Sequence record: DRR723986_21860
DNA: 64,000 nucleotides
Strand: one strand, 5' to 3'
A program made the translations under genes and the position numbers. Under the pieces are notes generated by a model that was not told the origin of the DNA, did no database searches, and saw only the letters and a list, made by a program, of their open reading frames with translations. Of this stretch, positions 1 to 8,782 are shown piece after piece (position 1 is the first letter of the stretch; each line of letters opens with the position of its first letter).

Positions 1-49
1 AAATCGAAAATCGAAAATCGAAAATCGAATGACGAAGAACGAAAGACAA
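1..49. repeat. Heptamer tandem repeat (AAATCGA x4, then degenerate ATGACGA, AGAACGA, AAGACAA), truncated by the window edge
   Basis: 7-bp periodicity read directly from positions 1-49. Confidence 0.85.
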
Positions 50-53
50 ACGT

Positions 54-569
54 CTACTTCCCACCATTATCACCCGTACCAACCTCCATAGTTGGCTCTG
101 GTAACACCGGTAATTGAATTTTATCTTGAACCACAACAGCTGTAGGATAAGTACCCAATAAATCTTGCTTTAATTTATCCGCTTCTAATTGCGTTCTAAA
201 ATTGCCAACTCGTACCCTATAATTAGGCGCTAAATAGTCAATATAAGTCTTGTGATCTTCATAAATTGACATGAATCTAGCTTTCTGCTGTTCTGCACTG
301 GTTTTATCCTGATCAAAATAAATCAAAACACGATATCCATCAATTAAAACCCCGTCTAACGACTCTTCACCGGCACGCACAAATGCTTCCATTTTTTTAA
401 TGCGGTCGTCCTGATGAATTGTCACAGTACCGTCATCCTGGGTATAATCTAACTCAGCTTTTTCAACTGTCACAGAATCAGTATTTCCCGGAAAACTAAG
501 CCATCCTTCATTTTGTCCGAAACCCAGGCTAGATGCCAGTAACAAGGTAATTAATGCCGTCTTTTTCAT
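54..569 (-). CDS. SPOR domain-containing secreted protein (peptidoglycan-binding)
   Basis: Start moved to MKKTALITLLL (569): signal peptide ending GFG-Q, and a TACATTTG promoter lies inside the longer ORF. C-terminal GYRVLIY...PNYRVRVGNFRT...A is SPOR-like; position divergent from actA is typical of Bacteroidota. Confidence 0.8.
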   Translation of the reverse strand: MKKTALITLLLASSLGFGQNEGWLSFPGNTDSVTVEKAELDYTQDDGTVTIHQDDRIKKMEAFVRAGEESLDGVLIDGYRVLIYFDQDKTSAEQQKARFMSIYEDHKTYIDYLAPNYRVRVGNFRTQLEADKLKQDLLGTYPTAVVVQDKIQLPVLPEPTMEVGTGDNGGK

Positions 570-591
570 AATCAAATTATCGTTCTGTGAA

Positions 592-599
592 CAAATGTA
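592..599 (-). promoter_or_regulatory. Bacteroidota -7 promoter element (TACATTTG) for the SPOR gene
   Basis: Matches TAnnTTTG about 22 nt upstream of the ATG at 569. Confidence 0.55.
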
Positions 600-702
600 T
601 AAAATTCCATTTGACCCACTAATTTTTATCCTACTCTTATCGTTCAAATTTATTATTGAACAGCTTGAAGTTATTATGAACTAAGACTTTGCGATTATTT
701 GC

Positions 703-725
703 TTATTTAGAATCATTTTAAATTA
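703..725. promoter_or_regulatory. Imperfect 11-1-11 palindrome TTATTTAGAAT-C-ATTTTAAATTA, candidate Fur-like operator
   Basis: 2 mismatches from a perfect inverted repeat; lies upstream of the heme/Fe-S-rich act operon promoter. Confidence 0.5.
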
Positions 726-779
726 AGAAATAACGACTTAAAAAGTTAGTCACCAACCCCGATTAAATCGACTTTCTGC

Positions 780-787
780 TATTTTTG
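780..787 (+). promoter_or_regulatory. Bacteroidota -7 promoter element (TATTTTTG) for the act-cox operon
   Basis: Matches TAnnTTTG; overlaps the ORF-track TTG start, supporting ATG 839 as the real start. Confidence 0.55.
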
Positions 788-838
788 TCGGTGATTAAGT
801 ATCTAGAATACACAAGCAAAAAGCTTAAAATTTTGCAA

Positions 839-2194
839 ATGAAAATATTAAAATCATTTATCTCACAGAGATTCAAGTCGTTAGCCTTAGCTGCGATTGC
901 ACTTCTTTCATTCACATACAACATTCATGCCCAAGAGGGTGATGTCGCTGCAGGTGAAGTCTTGTTTAAGGCTAACTGTGCTTCTTGTCACTTTCCTCAC
1001 AAGGACATGACGGGTCCTGCACTTAAAGGTGCAAGAGAACGTTGGATTGAAAATTCTACTGAAGAAAACTTTTACTCATGGGTGAAGAACTCTCAAAGTG
1101 TAGTTAAGAGTGGAGATTCTTACGCTAACTCTTTGTTTGCTGAATGGGGAAAAAGTGTGATGACGCCACAAGCGGTGAATGATCAACAAATTGATGACAT
1201 TTTTGCTTATGTGGAAGCTTTTGTTGAGCCAGTTGAGGAGGTTGTAGTGTCAGACGGACCTACAGGGTCAACACAGGAGGAAAGCACAATGATTTATTGG
1301 ATTCTAGCTACTCTTTTACTTATTGTAATTGGTGCAGTTGGAATGGCAAGAGGAAACTTGTCAAAAGCTTTAAAAGCTCAAAACGGTGAAGTAATCAATG
1401 ATAACGAAACTTGGGGTCAAGGTGTAAGATCTTGGGCTTGGGCCAACAGAGGTTGGGTTGGAGTTGGAACATTACTGATTGTGATTGTATTGCTAGTAAT
1501 CGGCATGTTAGATTTAATGAAAATCGGTGTATTTGAAGATTATAAACCTGAGCAACCAATTGCTTATTCTCACGAATTACACGCTGGTGACTTGGGTATC
1601 GATTGTAAATACTGTCACAATGCGGTTACTAAATCCAAACACGCTACAATTCCTACAACTAACGTTTGTATGAACTGTCATAAAACTGTAAATGAAGGTA
1701 CAACAACTGGTACTGAAGAAATCGCTAAGATTTATGAAGCTGCTGGATGGGATCCAGAAGTAAAAGCTTATACAGGTGTAACGAAGCCAGTTAAATGGGT
1801 GAAAGTTCACAACTTACCTGATCACGTATATTTCAATCACTCTCAACACGTTGAAGTTGGTGGAATTGATTGTGCTCAATGTCATGGTGATATGAAAAAA
1901 GAAACTGTTGCTCGTGTAATGACTACTGAGGATTTGAATGCAGTTGAAGAGAACAAAATCAAATTCACTAGACCGACTCTAACAATGGGATGGTGTATTG
2001 AGTGTCACAGACAATCAAGCGTAGATGTTGCTGGAAGTCATATAGACGGCGCAACTGAAGAAAATGATACTTACTATGGTGTGATCCACCAAAGATTATT
2101 GAAAGATAAGAAGACTTATCAAGGAATTTTAGAAGATGACATGATCACAGTTGCTGAATTAGGCGGACTTGAATGTGCGAAATGTCACTATTAA
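839..2194 (+). CDS. actA: Alternative complex III subunit A: N-terminal monoheme domain plus pentaheme cytochrome c
   Basis: Six CxxCH motifs (CASCH; CKYCH, CMNCH, CAQCH, CIECH, CAKCH), two TM helices between the domains, PEQPIAYSH and LPDHVYFNHSQH motifs; first gene of the act operon. Confidence 0.93.
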   Translation: MKILKSFISQRFKSLALAAIALLSFTYNIHAQEGDVAAGEVLFKANCASCHFPHKDMTGPALKGARERWIENSTEENFYSWVKNSQSVVKSGDSYANSLFAEWGKSVMTPQAVNDQQIDDIFAYVEAFVEPVEEVVVSDGPTGSTQEESTMIYWILATLLLIVIGAVGMARGNLSKALKAQNGEVINDNETWGQGVRSWAWANRGWVGVGTLLIVIVLLVIGMLDLMKIGVFEDYKPEQPIAYSHELHAGDLGIDCKYCHNAVTKSKHATIPTTNVCMNCHKTVNEGTTTGTEEIAKIYEAAGWDPEVKAYTGVTKPVKWVKVHNLPDHVYFNHSQHVEVGGIDCAQCHGDMKKETVARVMTTEDLNAVEENKIKFTRPTLTMGWCIECHRQSSVDVAGSHIDGATEENDTYYGVIHQRLLKDKKTYQGILEDDMITVAELGGLECAKCHY

Positions 2195-2221
2195 TAAAGA
2201 ATTAAGAGGCTTAATATAGAT

Positions 2222-5200
2222 ATGGGAACAAATAAGAAATACTGGAAAGGTTTTGACGAGCTCGAACAAACTCCTGAGTTTTTAGAAAATGCTCAGAGCG
2301 AGTTTCCTCAAGAACTAAGTGTTGACCAATTTTTAGCTGATGATAAAGTCAGTGAAGCATCAACAGGACGAAGAGATTTTCTGAAGTTTTTAGGCTTTAG
2401 TGTTGCAGCTGCAACATTGGCTGCTTGTGAAGCTCCAGTAATTAAAGCGACTCCTTATGTTGTGAAACCAGAGGACGTAACACCAGGTGTTGCGAATTGG
2501 TATGCTTCAACTTACTATGATGGTGCAAATTATGCATCAATTCTAGTGAAATCTAGAGAAGGTCGTCCTATTCATATCAAAGGAAATAAAGATTGGGGAT
2601 TCACCAATGGTGCTGTAAACCCTCAAATCGCTGCTTCTGTACTTTCTTTATATAATGCTGATAGACTTGCATCTCCTCAAATTAACGGTGAGGCTGTTTC
2701 TTGGGCTGATGCTGACGCGGCAGTCGCTAAAGGATTAGGTGCAGTTGGATCAAAAAAAATTGCCTTATTGTCAGGAACAGAATTAAGCCCTTCTGCAATG
2801 ACTGCAATTCAAGGATTCAAAGCTAAATATGGAGGTGTTGAAATGCCTGCTGTTGAAAATGTAGATGTTGCTGCTGTGCCTGTTGAAGGTGAAGAAGGAG
2901 CTGCAAACGCAGAACAACAAGCAATGCTTGAAGTTCCTGAAGGAAAAGTGATTCATGTACAGTATGATGCTGTTTCATATAACGGAATTAGAGAAGCAAA
3001 CCTTGAGTCATTCGGAAAAAGAGTGATTCCTGATTATGATTTCTCTAAAGCAAAAGTAATTGTTTCAGTTGCTGCTGATTTCTTAAATTCTTGGGTTTTA
3101 CCAACGCAGTTTGTAGGTCAATATGCTTCAAGAAGAAATCCGGATGGTGAATGGATGTCTAAGCACTTCCAGTTTGAAGCAAACATGTCTCAAACAGGTT
3201 CAAACGCTGACTACAGAGGTTTAATTAAACCTTCTCAACAAGGTGCTGCCTTAGCTTACTTGCACAAAGCAGTTGGTGCTGGTGCTGTTAGCGGAGTAGA
3301 TACTTCGGCTTTATTACCAGAAACAATTGAAATTCTTGATAAAGCTGCTGCAGCTCTTAAAGAAGCTAAAGGGAAATCTTTAGTAGTTTCAGGATCAAAC
3401 AGAAAATCAATTCAAGTAGTTGTTAATTCAATTAACGCTCACTTAAATAATTATAGCGCTACTATTAACATGAATAACCCAATCATGTTACATCTGTCAG
3501 AAGATGAAAAAGTAGCAAACTTGATTAAGGATATGAACGCTGGAAAAATTGGTGCCATCATCATGTGGAATACCAACCCAGTTTATTCTTTAGCAAACGG
3601 AGAAGAATTTAAAACAGCATTAGCGAATGTTGGAACTTCAGTTTCAATGTCACAATTTGCTGATGAAACGGCTTCTGCTTGTCAAATCATTTGTCCAGAA
3701 AGTCATGCATTAGAGTCTTGGAACGATTATGCTCCTAAGATGAATTCTTATGCAATTGCACAACCAACTATTAGACCATTGTTTGATACTCGTCCTGTTG
3801 GAGAGTCGTTCTTAGTTTGGTCAGGTGCAGCAACGCATCAAGGAAAAGATAGCACAAATTATCACGATCATATTAAAGCGCTTTGGAAACAATACGGATT
3901 CCCTACGCAAACTGAGCATGCAACATTCAATGCATACTGGAATGCTATGGTTCACCAAAGTTGTGGATCAGAAGAAGGTGCTCCAAAAGCATCAGCTGTT
4001 TCATTCAATGGTTCGCTTGGTAAAGCTGGTAAAGATATCGCTTCAATTAGCGCTGGATCTTTTGAAATCGCATTGTATCAAAAAGCTGGAATCGGAAACG
4101 GTTCTCAAGCAGCTAACCCTTGGTTACAAGAGATGCCTGATACGGTAACTAAAGTAACTTGGGATAACTATGTAACCATGTCTTACGAAGACATGGCAAA
4201 ATTAGGTTGTGAAACTGGTTTAGGACAAGAAACACCTTCAACAGTTGTTTCAGTGAAAGTTGGAGAAACTACGCTAGACCTTCCAGCATACCCTCAAGCA
4301 GGTCAAATGCCAGGTACTATCGGTATCGCATTAGGATATGGTAGAGGAGCTGGTGCTGAAAAGATTGGAAAATCTGCTTATCACCAAACTGGTTATTACG
4401 GAGAATCTACTACTGAGCCAATCGGTAAAAACGCATTTAGATTAGTTGCTAACGGCGATTTTGATGTATATGATGCAGCTGTTTCTAAGACAGACGCAAC
4501 TTATAACCTTGCTTGTACTCAAACGCACAGTACAGTAATGGCAAGAAATTCTATCGTTAAAGAAACAACTTTAGATATTTACAAGCACCAACCAAAAGGA
4601 GCTTATAACCATCAGCATACTTTGCATATGGGATGGAACCATGAAGAGAAGCCAGTAGGTGAATTCGATTTATGGGAAGAGCATCCGGTTGAGCACGTAG
4701 GTCACAGATGGGGAATGACAATTGATTTGAGTTCTTGTATTGGATGTGGATCTTGTTTAGTGGCTTGTCAATCAGAAAATAATGTACCAGTTGTTGGTAA
4801 AGATGAAGTGAGAAGAGGTCGTGAAATGCACTGGTTGCGTTTAGATCGTTACTATGCTTCAGATATTGAGCCAGCAGTTGGAACAAGAGATCAGGAAGCT
4901 TTTGATGAAGGTGGATACGGTGCTTTAAAAACACCTGCCGCTAATCCGAAAGTAGTACACATGCCAATGATGTGTCACCACTGTAATCACGCTCCATGTG
5001 AAACTGTTTGTCCGGTTGCGGCAACAACTCACTCAAATGAGGGGCTGAATCAAATGGCTTATAACAGATGTATCGGTACGAGATATTGCGGAAACAACTG
5101 TCCTTATAAAGTAAGAAGATTTAACTGGTTCAACTATCCATCTTATAGAAAATTTGTTGAGGTAAACCCTGCACAGGATGATTTAGGAAGAATGGTGTTG

Positions 5201-5620
5201 AATCCAGATGTAGTTGTTAGAACTAGAGGGGTAATGGAGAAATGTTCTTTCTGTGTTCAACGTATCCAAGGTGGTAAGTTAGAAGCGAAGAAAGATGACA
5301 GAAAAGTAGTTGATGGGGATGTTGTAACGGCATGTGCTGATGTTTGTCCTACAAATGCAATCACAATGGGTGATTGGAATGATACTGAATCTGCTGTAAG
5401 AGCAAGTTCTGAGGATGACAGAGCATACCAAGCATTAGAAGAAATTGGTGTTAAACCAAATATCTGGTATAAAGTGAAAGTGAGAAATGAAGAGAATGAA
5501 GCTTTAGCTGCCATTCAACAAGATCACGGACACGGAGATAGCCATGGAGATGAACATGCAGAAGAAGGACATGAAGAAGGTGGGCATGAAGAGGTTGATA
5601 ACCACGGTGGAGGACACTAA
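2222..5620 (+). CDS. actB: Alternative complex III subunit B (Tat-exported lipoprotein; molybdopterin-oxidoreductase-like fold plus Fe-S domain)
   Basis: KKYWKG N-terminus, twin-arginine RRDFLK, lipobox LAAC, Fe-S motifs CIGCGSCLVAC, CHHCNHAPCETVCP, CIGTRYCGNNCPY, CSFC, CADVCP. Confidence 0.93.
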   Translation: MGTNKKYWKGFDELEQTPEFLENAQSEFPQELSVDQFLADDKVSEASTGRRDFLKFLGFSVAAATLAACEAPVIKATPYVVKPEDVTPGVANWYASTYYDGANYASILVKSREGRPIHIKGNKDWGFTNGAVNPQIAASVLSLYNADRLASPQINGEAVSWADADAAVAKGLGAVGSKKIALLSGTELSPSAMTAIQGFKAKYGGVEMPAVENVDVAAVPVEGEEGAANAEQQAMLEVPEGKVIHVQYDAVSYNGIREANLESFGKRVIPDYDFSKAKVIVSVAADFLNSWVLPTQFVGQYASRRNPDGEWMSKHFQFEANMSQTGSNADYRGLIKPSQQGAALAYLHKAVGAGAVSGVDTSALLPETIEILDKAAAALKEAKGKSLVVSGSNRKSIQVVVNSINAHLNNYSATINMNNPIMLHLSEDEKVANLIKDMNAGKIGAIIMWNTNPVYSLANGEEFKTALANVGTSVSMSQFADETASACQIICPESHALESWNDYAPKMNSYAIAQPTIRPLFDTRPVGESFLVWSGAATHQGKDSTNYHDHIKALWKQYGFPTQTEHATFNAYWNAMVHQSCGSEEGAPKASAVSFNGSLGKAGKDIASISAGSFEIALYQKAGIGNGSQAANPWLQEMPDTVTKVTWDNYVTMSYEDMAKLGCETGLGQETPSTVVSVKVGETTLDLPAYPQAGQMPGTIGIALGYGRGAGAEKIGKSAYHQTGYYGESTTEPIGKNAFRLVANGDFDVYDAAVSKTDATYNLACTQTHSTVMARNSIVKETTLDIYKHQPKGAYNHQHTLHMGWNHEEKPVGEFDLWEEHPVEHVGHRWGMTIDLSSCIGCGSCLVACQSENNVPVVGKDEVRRGREMHWLRLDRYYASDIEPAVGTRDQEAFDEGGYGALKTPAANPKVVHMPMMCHHCNHAPCETVCPVAATTHSNEGLNQMAYNRCIGTRYCGNNCPYKVRRFNWFNYPSYRKFVEVNPAQDDLGRMVLNPDVVVRTRGVMEKCSFCVQRIQGGKLEAKKDDRKVVDGDVVTACADVCPTNAITMGDWNDTESAVRASSEDDRAYQALEEIGVKPNIWYKVKVRNEENEALAAIQQDHGHGDSHGDEHAEEGHEEGGHEEVDNHGGGH

Positions 5621-5659
5621 GAAATTGAAATAATTGAGATAAAACTAAACTAAGCAAGA

Positions 5660-7426
5660 ATGCATAAGGAAGCTGCGATTAGAGAACCATTAATTTTAGG
5701 TCACAAAACCTACAGTGATATCACTGAAGACGTTTGTAGACCTATTGAAGGAAAAGCGCCTAGAGCTTGGTACATCATGTTTGGTATTTCCCTTTTAGTT
5801 GGGTTATACGGAATTGGATGTATCCTTTACCTTTTAGGTACCGGTATTGGTACTTGGGGATTGAATAAAACCGTTGAATGGGCTTGGGATATTACCAACT
5901 TCGTTTGGTGGGTAGGTATTGGTCACGCCGGAACATTGATTTCAGCTGTACTATTACTATTCAGACAAAGATGGAGAATGGCGATTAACCGTTCTGCAGA
6001 GGCAATGACCATCTTCGCCGTATTTATGGCAGGTTTATTCCCACTAATCCACATGGGACGTTTATGGGTAGGATACTGGGTAATGCCAATTCCAAATCAA
6101 TTCGGTTCTCTTTGGGTTAACTTCAACTCACCACTATTATGGGATGTGTTCGCAATCTCAACTTATTTATCTGTTTCAGTTTCTTTCTGGTATATCGGAT
6201 TAATTCCTGATTTCGCAACAATCAGAGATAGAGCTAAAGGAGCTGTTTCTAAAAGAATGTACGGAATCCTTTCTTTCGGTTGGTCTGGTAGAGCTAAACA
6301 TTGGAATAGATTTGAATTGGTTTCATTAGTATTAGCAGGATTAGCAACGCCACTTGTATTCTCAGTACACTCAATTGTATCATTTGACTTCGCAACTTCA
6401 GTAATTCCAGGATGGCATACAACAATTTTCCCTCCTTACTTCGTTGCAGGTGCAGTATTCTCAGGATTCGCAATGGTACAAACACTATTGTTGATTCTTA
6501 GAAAAGGAATGAAGCTAGAGGCTTACATCCACACTAAGCACGTGGAGTACATGAACATTGTAATCATGGTTACAGGTTCAATAGTAGGTGTAGCGTATTT
6601 AACTGAGTTATTCATCTCTTGGTATTCAGGGGTTGAATACGAATCATATGCTTTCATTAACAGAGCAACAGGACCGTATTGGTGGGCTTATGCTTCAATG
6701 ATGACATGTAACGTTATCTCACCGCAATTAATGTGGTTCAAGAAATTAAGAAGAAGCTTATTGTTTACATTCTTCATTTCAATTGTCGTAAACATTGGTA
6801 TGTGGTTTGAGCGTTTCGTAATTATCGTTACTTCAATCCACCAAGATTATTTACCTTCTTCTTGGAGCATGTTCTATCCTACATGGACGGATATCGGAGT
6901 ATTCATTGGAACAATCGGAATCTTCTTCGCATTCTATTTAGCATTTGCAAGATACTTCCCAGTGTTGGCAATGGCCGAGTTGAAAACTATCCTTAAGATT
7001 TCAGGTGAGTCTTACAAAAACGATACTGCTGGAGGTCATGATGATCACGGTGGAGGAGATGCCCATGTAGAAGTGGCTCCGGTTGTTGAAGAAAAAGCCG
7101 TAGAGGCAGTAGAAAAGGTAGAAGAGAAAGTGGAGGAAATAAAAGAGGAGAAAATCTCTGATGAAGAGAAAACTAAAAGAATTTCTTCTTTAATTGAAAA
7201 GTTAGGAGCAGGTGATGCTACTGCTAAAGATGATTTAAAAGAGATTTCAGGAGTTGGTCCTAAAATGGAAGAAACACTGAATAGCATTGGGATTTACTCT
7301 TACGAACAAGTGAGTAAAATGACTGATGCAGAATACGAATTACTTGATTCAATTACAGAATCTTTCCCTGGCAGAGCTAAGAGAGATGATTGGGCTGGAC
7401 AAGCAAAAGGTTTAATGAATAAATAA
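5660..7426 (+). CDS. actC: Alternative complex III subunit C (NrfD/PsrC family, quinol-binding) with a C-terminal helix-hairpin-helix extension
   Basis: WDITNFVWWVGIGHAGTLISA, NRSAEAMT, HMGR and SPLLWD motifs; about 10 TM helices; extra DDLKEISGVGPK domain at the C-terminus. Confidence 0.93.
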   Translation: MHKEAAIREPLILGHKTYSDITEDVCRPIEGKAPRAWYIMFGISLLVGLYGIGCILYLLGTGIGTWGLNKTVEWAWDITNFVWWVGIGHAGTLISAVLLLFRQRWRMAINRSAEAMTIFAVFMAGLFPLIHMGRLWVGYWVMPIPNQFGSLWVNFNSPLLWDVFAISTYLSVSVSFWYIGLIPDFATIRDRAKGAVSKRMYGILSFGWSGRAKHWNRFELVSLVLAGLATPLVFSVHSIVSFDFATSVIPGWHTTIFPPYFVAGAVFSGFAMVQTLLLILRKGMKLEAYIHTKHVEYMNIVIMVTGSIVGVAYLTELFISWYSGVEYESYAFINRATGPYWWAYASMMTCNVISPQLMWFKKLRRSLLFTFFISIVVNIGMWFERFVIIVTSIHQDYLPSSWSMFYPTWTDIGVFIGTIGIFFAFYLAFARYFPVLAMAELKTILKISGESYKNDTAGGHDDHGGGDAHVEVAPVVEEKAVEAVEKVEEKVEEIKEEKISDEEKTKRISSLIEKLGAGDATAKDDLKEISGVGPKMEETLNSIGIYSYEQVSKMTDAEYELLDSITESFPGRAKRDDWAGQAKGLMNK

Positions 7427-7434
7427 TATTACAG

Positions 7435-7980
7435 ATGGCAGATAGAGTAATATACGCTACTTATGATGATGATCATACATTGCTAGTAGGTGCTAAAAAA
7501 TTGGTTGCTGAAGGTGTTCATATCACTGATGTGTTTTCACCATTCCCAATTCACGGAATTGATCCAGTAATTGGTGTGAAGCAAACGAGATTAGGAATCG
7601 TTGCAATGATGTTCGCAGTAACAGGTTTAATGCTGGCTGTAATAGGATTCAGATTTATCATGATCCAAGACTGGCCAATGAACATTGGTGGTAAACCTAG
7701 TTTTTCTTTATTGCAAAACTTTCCAGCTTTCGTGCCGATTTCATTTGAGTTCACAGTATTATTTGCTGCGCACGGAATGGCCTTAACTTACATGTTAAGA
7801 AATAAGACATTACCAGGAATGCCAGCTGATAACCCTTACTTAAGAAATACAGACGATAGGTTTACAATGGAAATCAGATTATCTGATAACCATGGGATGA
7901 CTTCTGACGAGTTACATGCTAAGATTAAGCAAACGTCAATCGTTGAAATTGAAGAAAAAGACTACGTTCAGATTAAATAA
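7435..7980 (+). CDS. actD: Alternative complex III subunit D (DUF3341)
   Basis: FSPFPIHG, DWPMNIGGKP and PAFVPISFEFTVLFAAH motifs, 2 TM helices, operon position. Confidence 0.9.
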   Translation: MADRVIYATYDDDHTLLVGAKKLVAEGVHITDVFSPFPIHGIDPVIGVKQTRLGIVAMMFAVTGLMLAVIGFRFIMIQDWPMNIGGKPSFSLLQNFPAFVPISFEFTVLFAAHGMALTYMLRNKTLPGMPADNPYLRNTDDRFTMEIRLSDNHGMTSDELHAKIKQTSIVEIEEKDYVQIK

Positions 7981-7986
7981 TATTTC

Positions 7987-8754
7987 ATGAAGATGATGAA
8001 TATAAAATATTTTGGAATGGCATTAATTGCGGGAACTATGGTTTCATGCGTTAATGATTCAAATTCTCCAGGACTAGAGTATATGCCAGATATGTACCGA
8101 TCTCCTGCCGTTGAAGCTTATGTAGATTACGGTGAAGTGAGAGGGGTTTACAATGAAGATGCGCACGCATTGATAGCAGAAAAGTTCTCTTTTACTCCTC
8201 CAGTAGGTACAATTCCTTACCAAGGGTCAAATGAGTATGCTTCAGTAATGATGCCTTATGAGCATGGAGCGCCTTTGAATGCTGATAAAACTCACGGTCT
8301 TTATGGTGTTAGACAAGATACTGCAGGAATTATCAATGCATCTTTTGATGTGAATCCAATTCCATTTTCTGATGATGTATTAAAAGAAGGGGAAGTATTG
8401 TACGGACGTTTTTGTATTCACTGTCATGGTGAATCAGGAGCAGGTGACGGAGGTGTTCCAGCTACTGGAAAATTCCCACCTCCAGGTGCATACAACGGTC
8501 CATTAAAAGACAAAACAGCAGGTGATATCTTCTATACAATTACTTACGGTAAAGGTGCAATGGGATCACATGCTTCTCAATTGAATAAAGAAGAAAGATG
8601 GAAAGTTGTTTATTATGTTCAAAAACTTCAAGGTAAAGATCCAGGGGCTGCTGTTGTAGTTCCAACAGGTGACGCAGAAGTTATTGATGGAGCTGAGTTG
8701 GTTGAACCAGAAGCAGTGAATAACGATAATGAGCACAACGAAGAAGGACATTAA
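7987..8754 (+). CDS. actE: Alternative complex III subunit E, monoheme cytochrome c lipoprotein
   Basis: Lipobox MVSC, YMPDMY, CIHCH, axial Met in GKGAMGSHASQL, ERW motif. Confidence 0.9.
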   Translation: MKMMNIKYFGMALIAGTMVSCVNDSNSPGLEYMPDMYRSPAVEAYVDYGEVRGVYNEDAHALIAEKFSFTPPVGTIPYQGSNEYASVMMPYEHGAPLNADKTHGLYGVRQDTAGIINASFDVNPIPFSDDVLKEGEVLYGRFCIHCHGESGAGDGGVPATGKFPPPGAYNGPLKDKTAGDIFYTITYGKGAMGSHASQLNKEERWKVVYYVQKLQGKDPGAAVVVPTGDAEVIDGAELVEPEAVNNDNEHNEEGH

Positions 8755-8782
8755 TAGATTTTAATTAAGAAAAGACAATTAC

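Noticed and set aside
570-838. Longer ORF-track starts for the SPOR gene (647) and actA (785)
   Set aside because: Both are TTG starts that overlap or enclose the predicted -7 promoter elements; downstream ATGs give proper signal peptides.
2222-5620. Active molybdoenzyme (polysulfide, nitrate or DMSO reductase)
   Set aside because: Operon context identifies it as ActB, which has the fold but is known not to bind a molybdenum cofactor.
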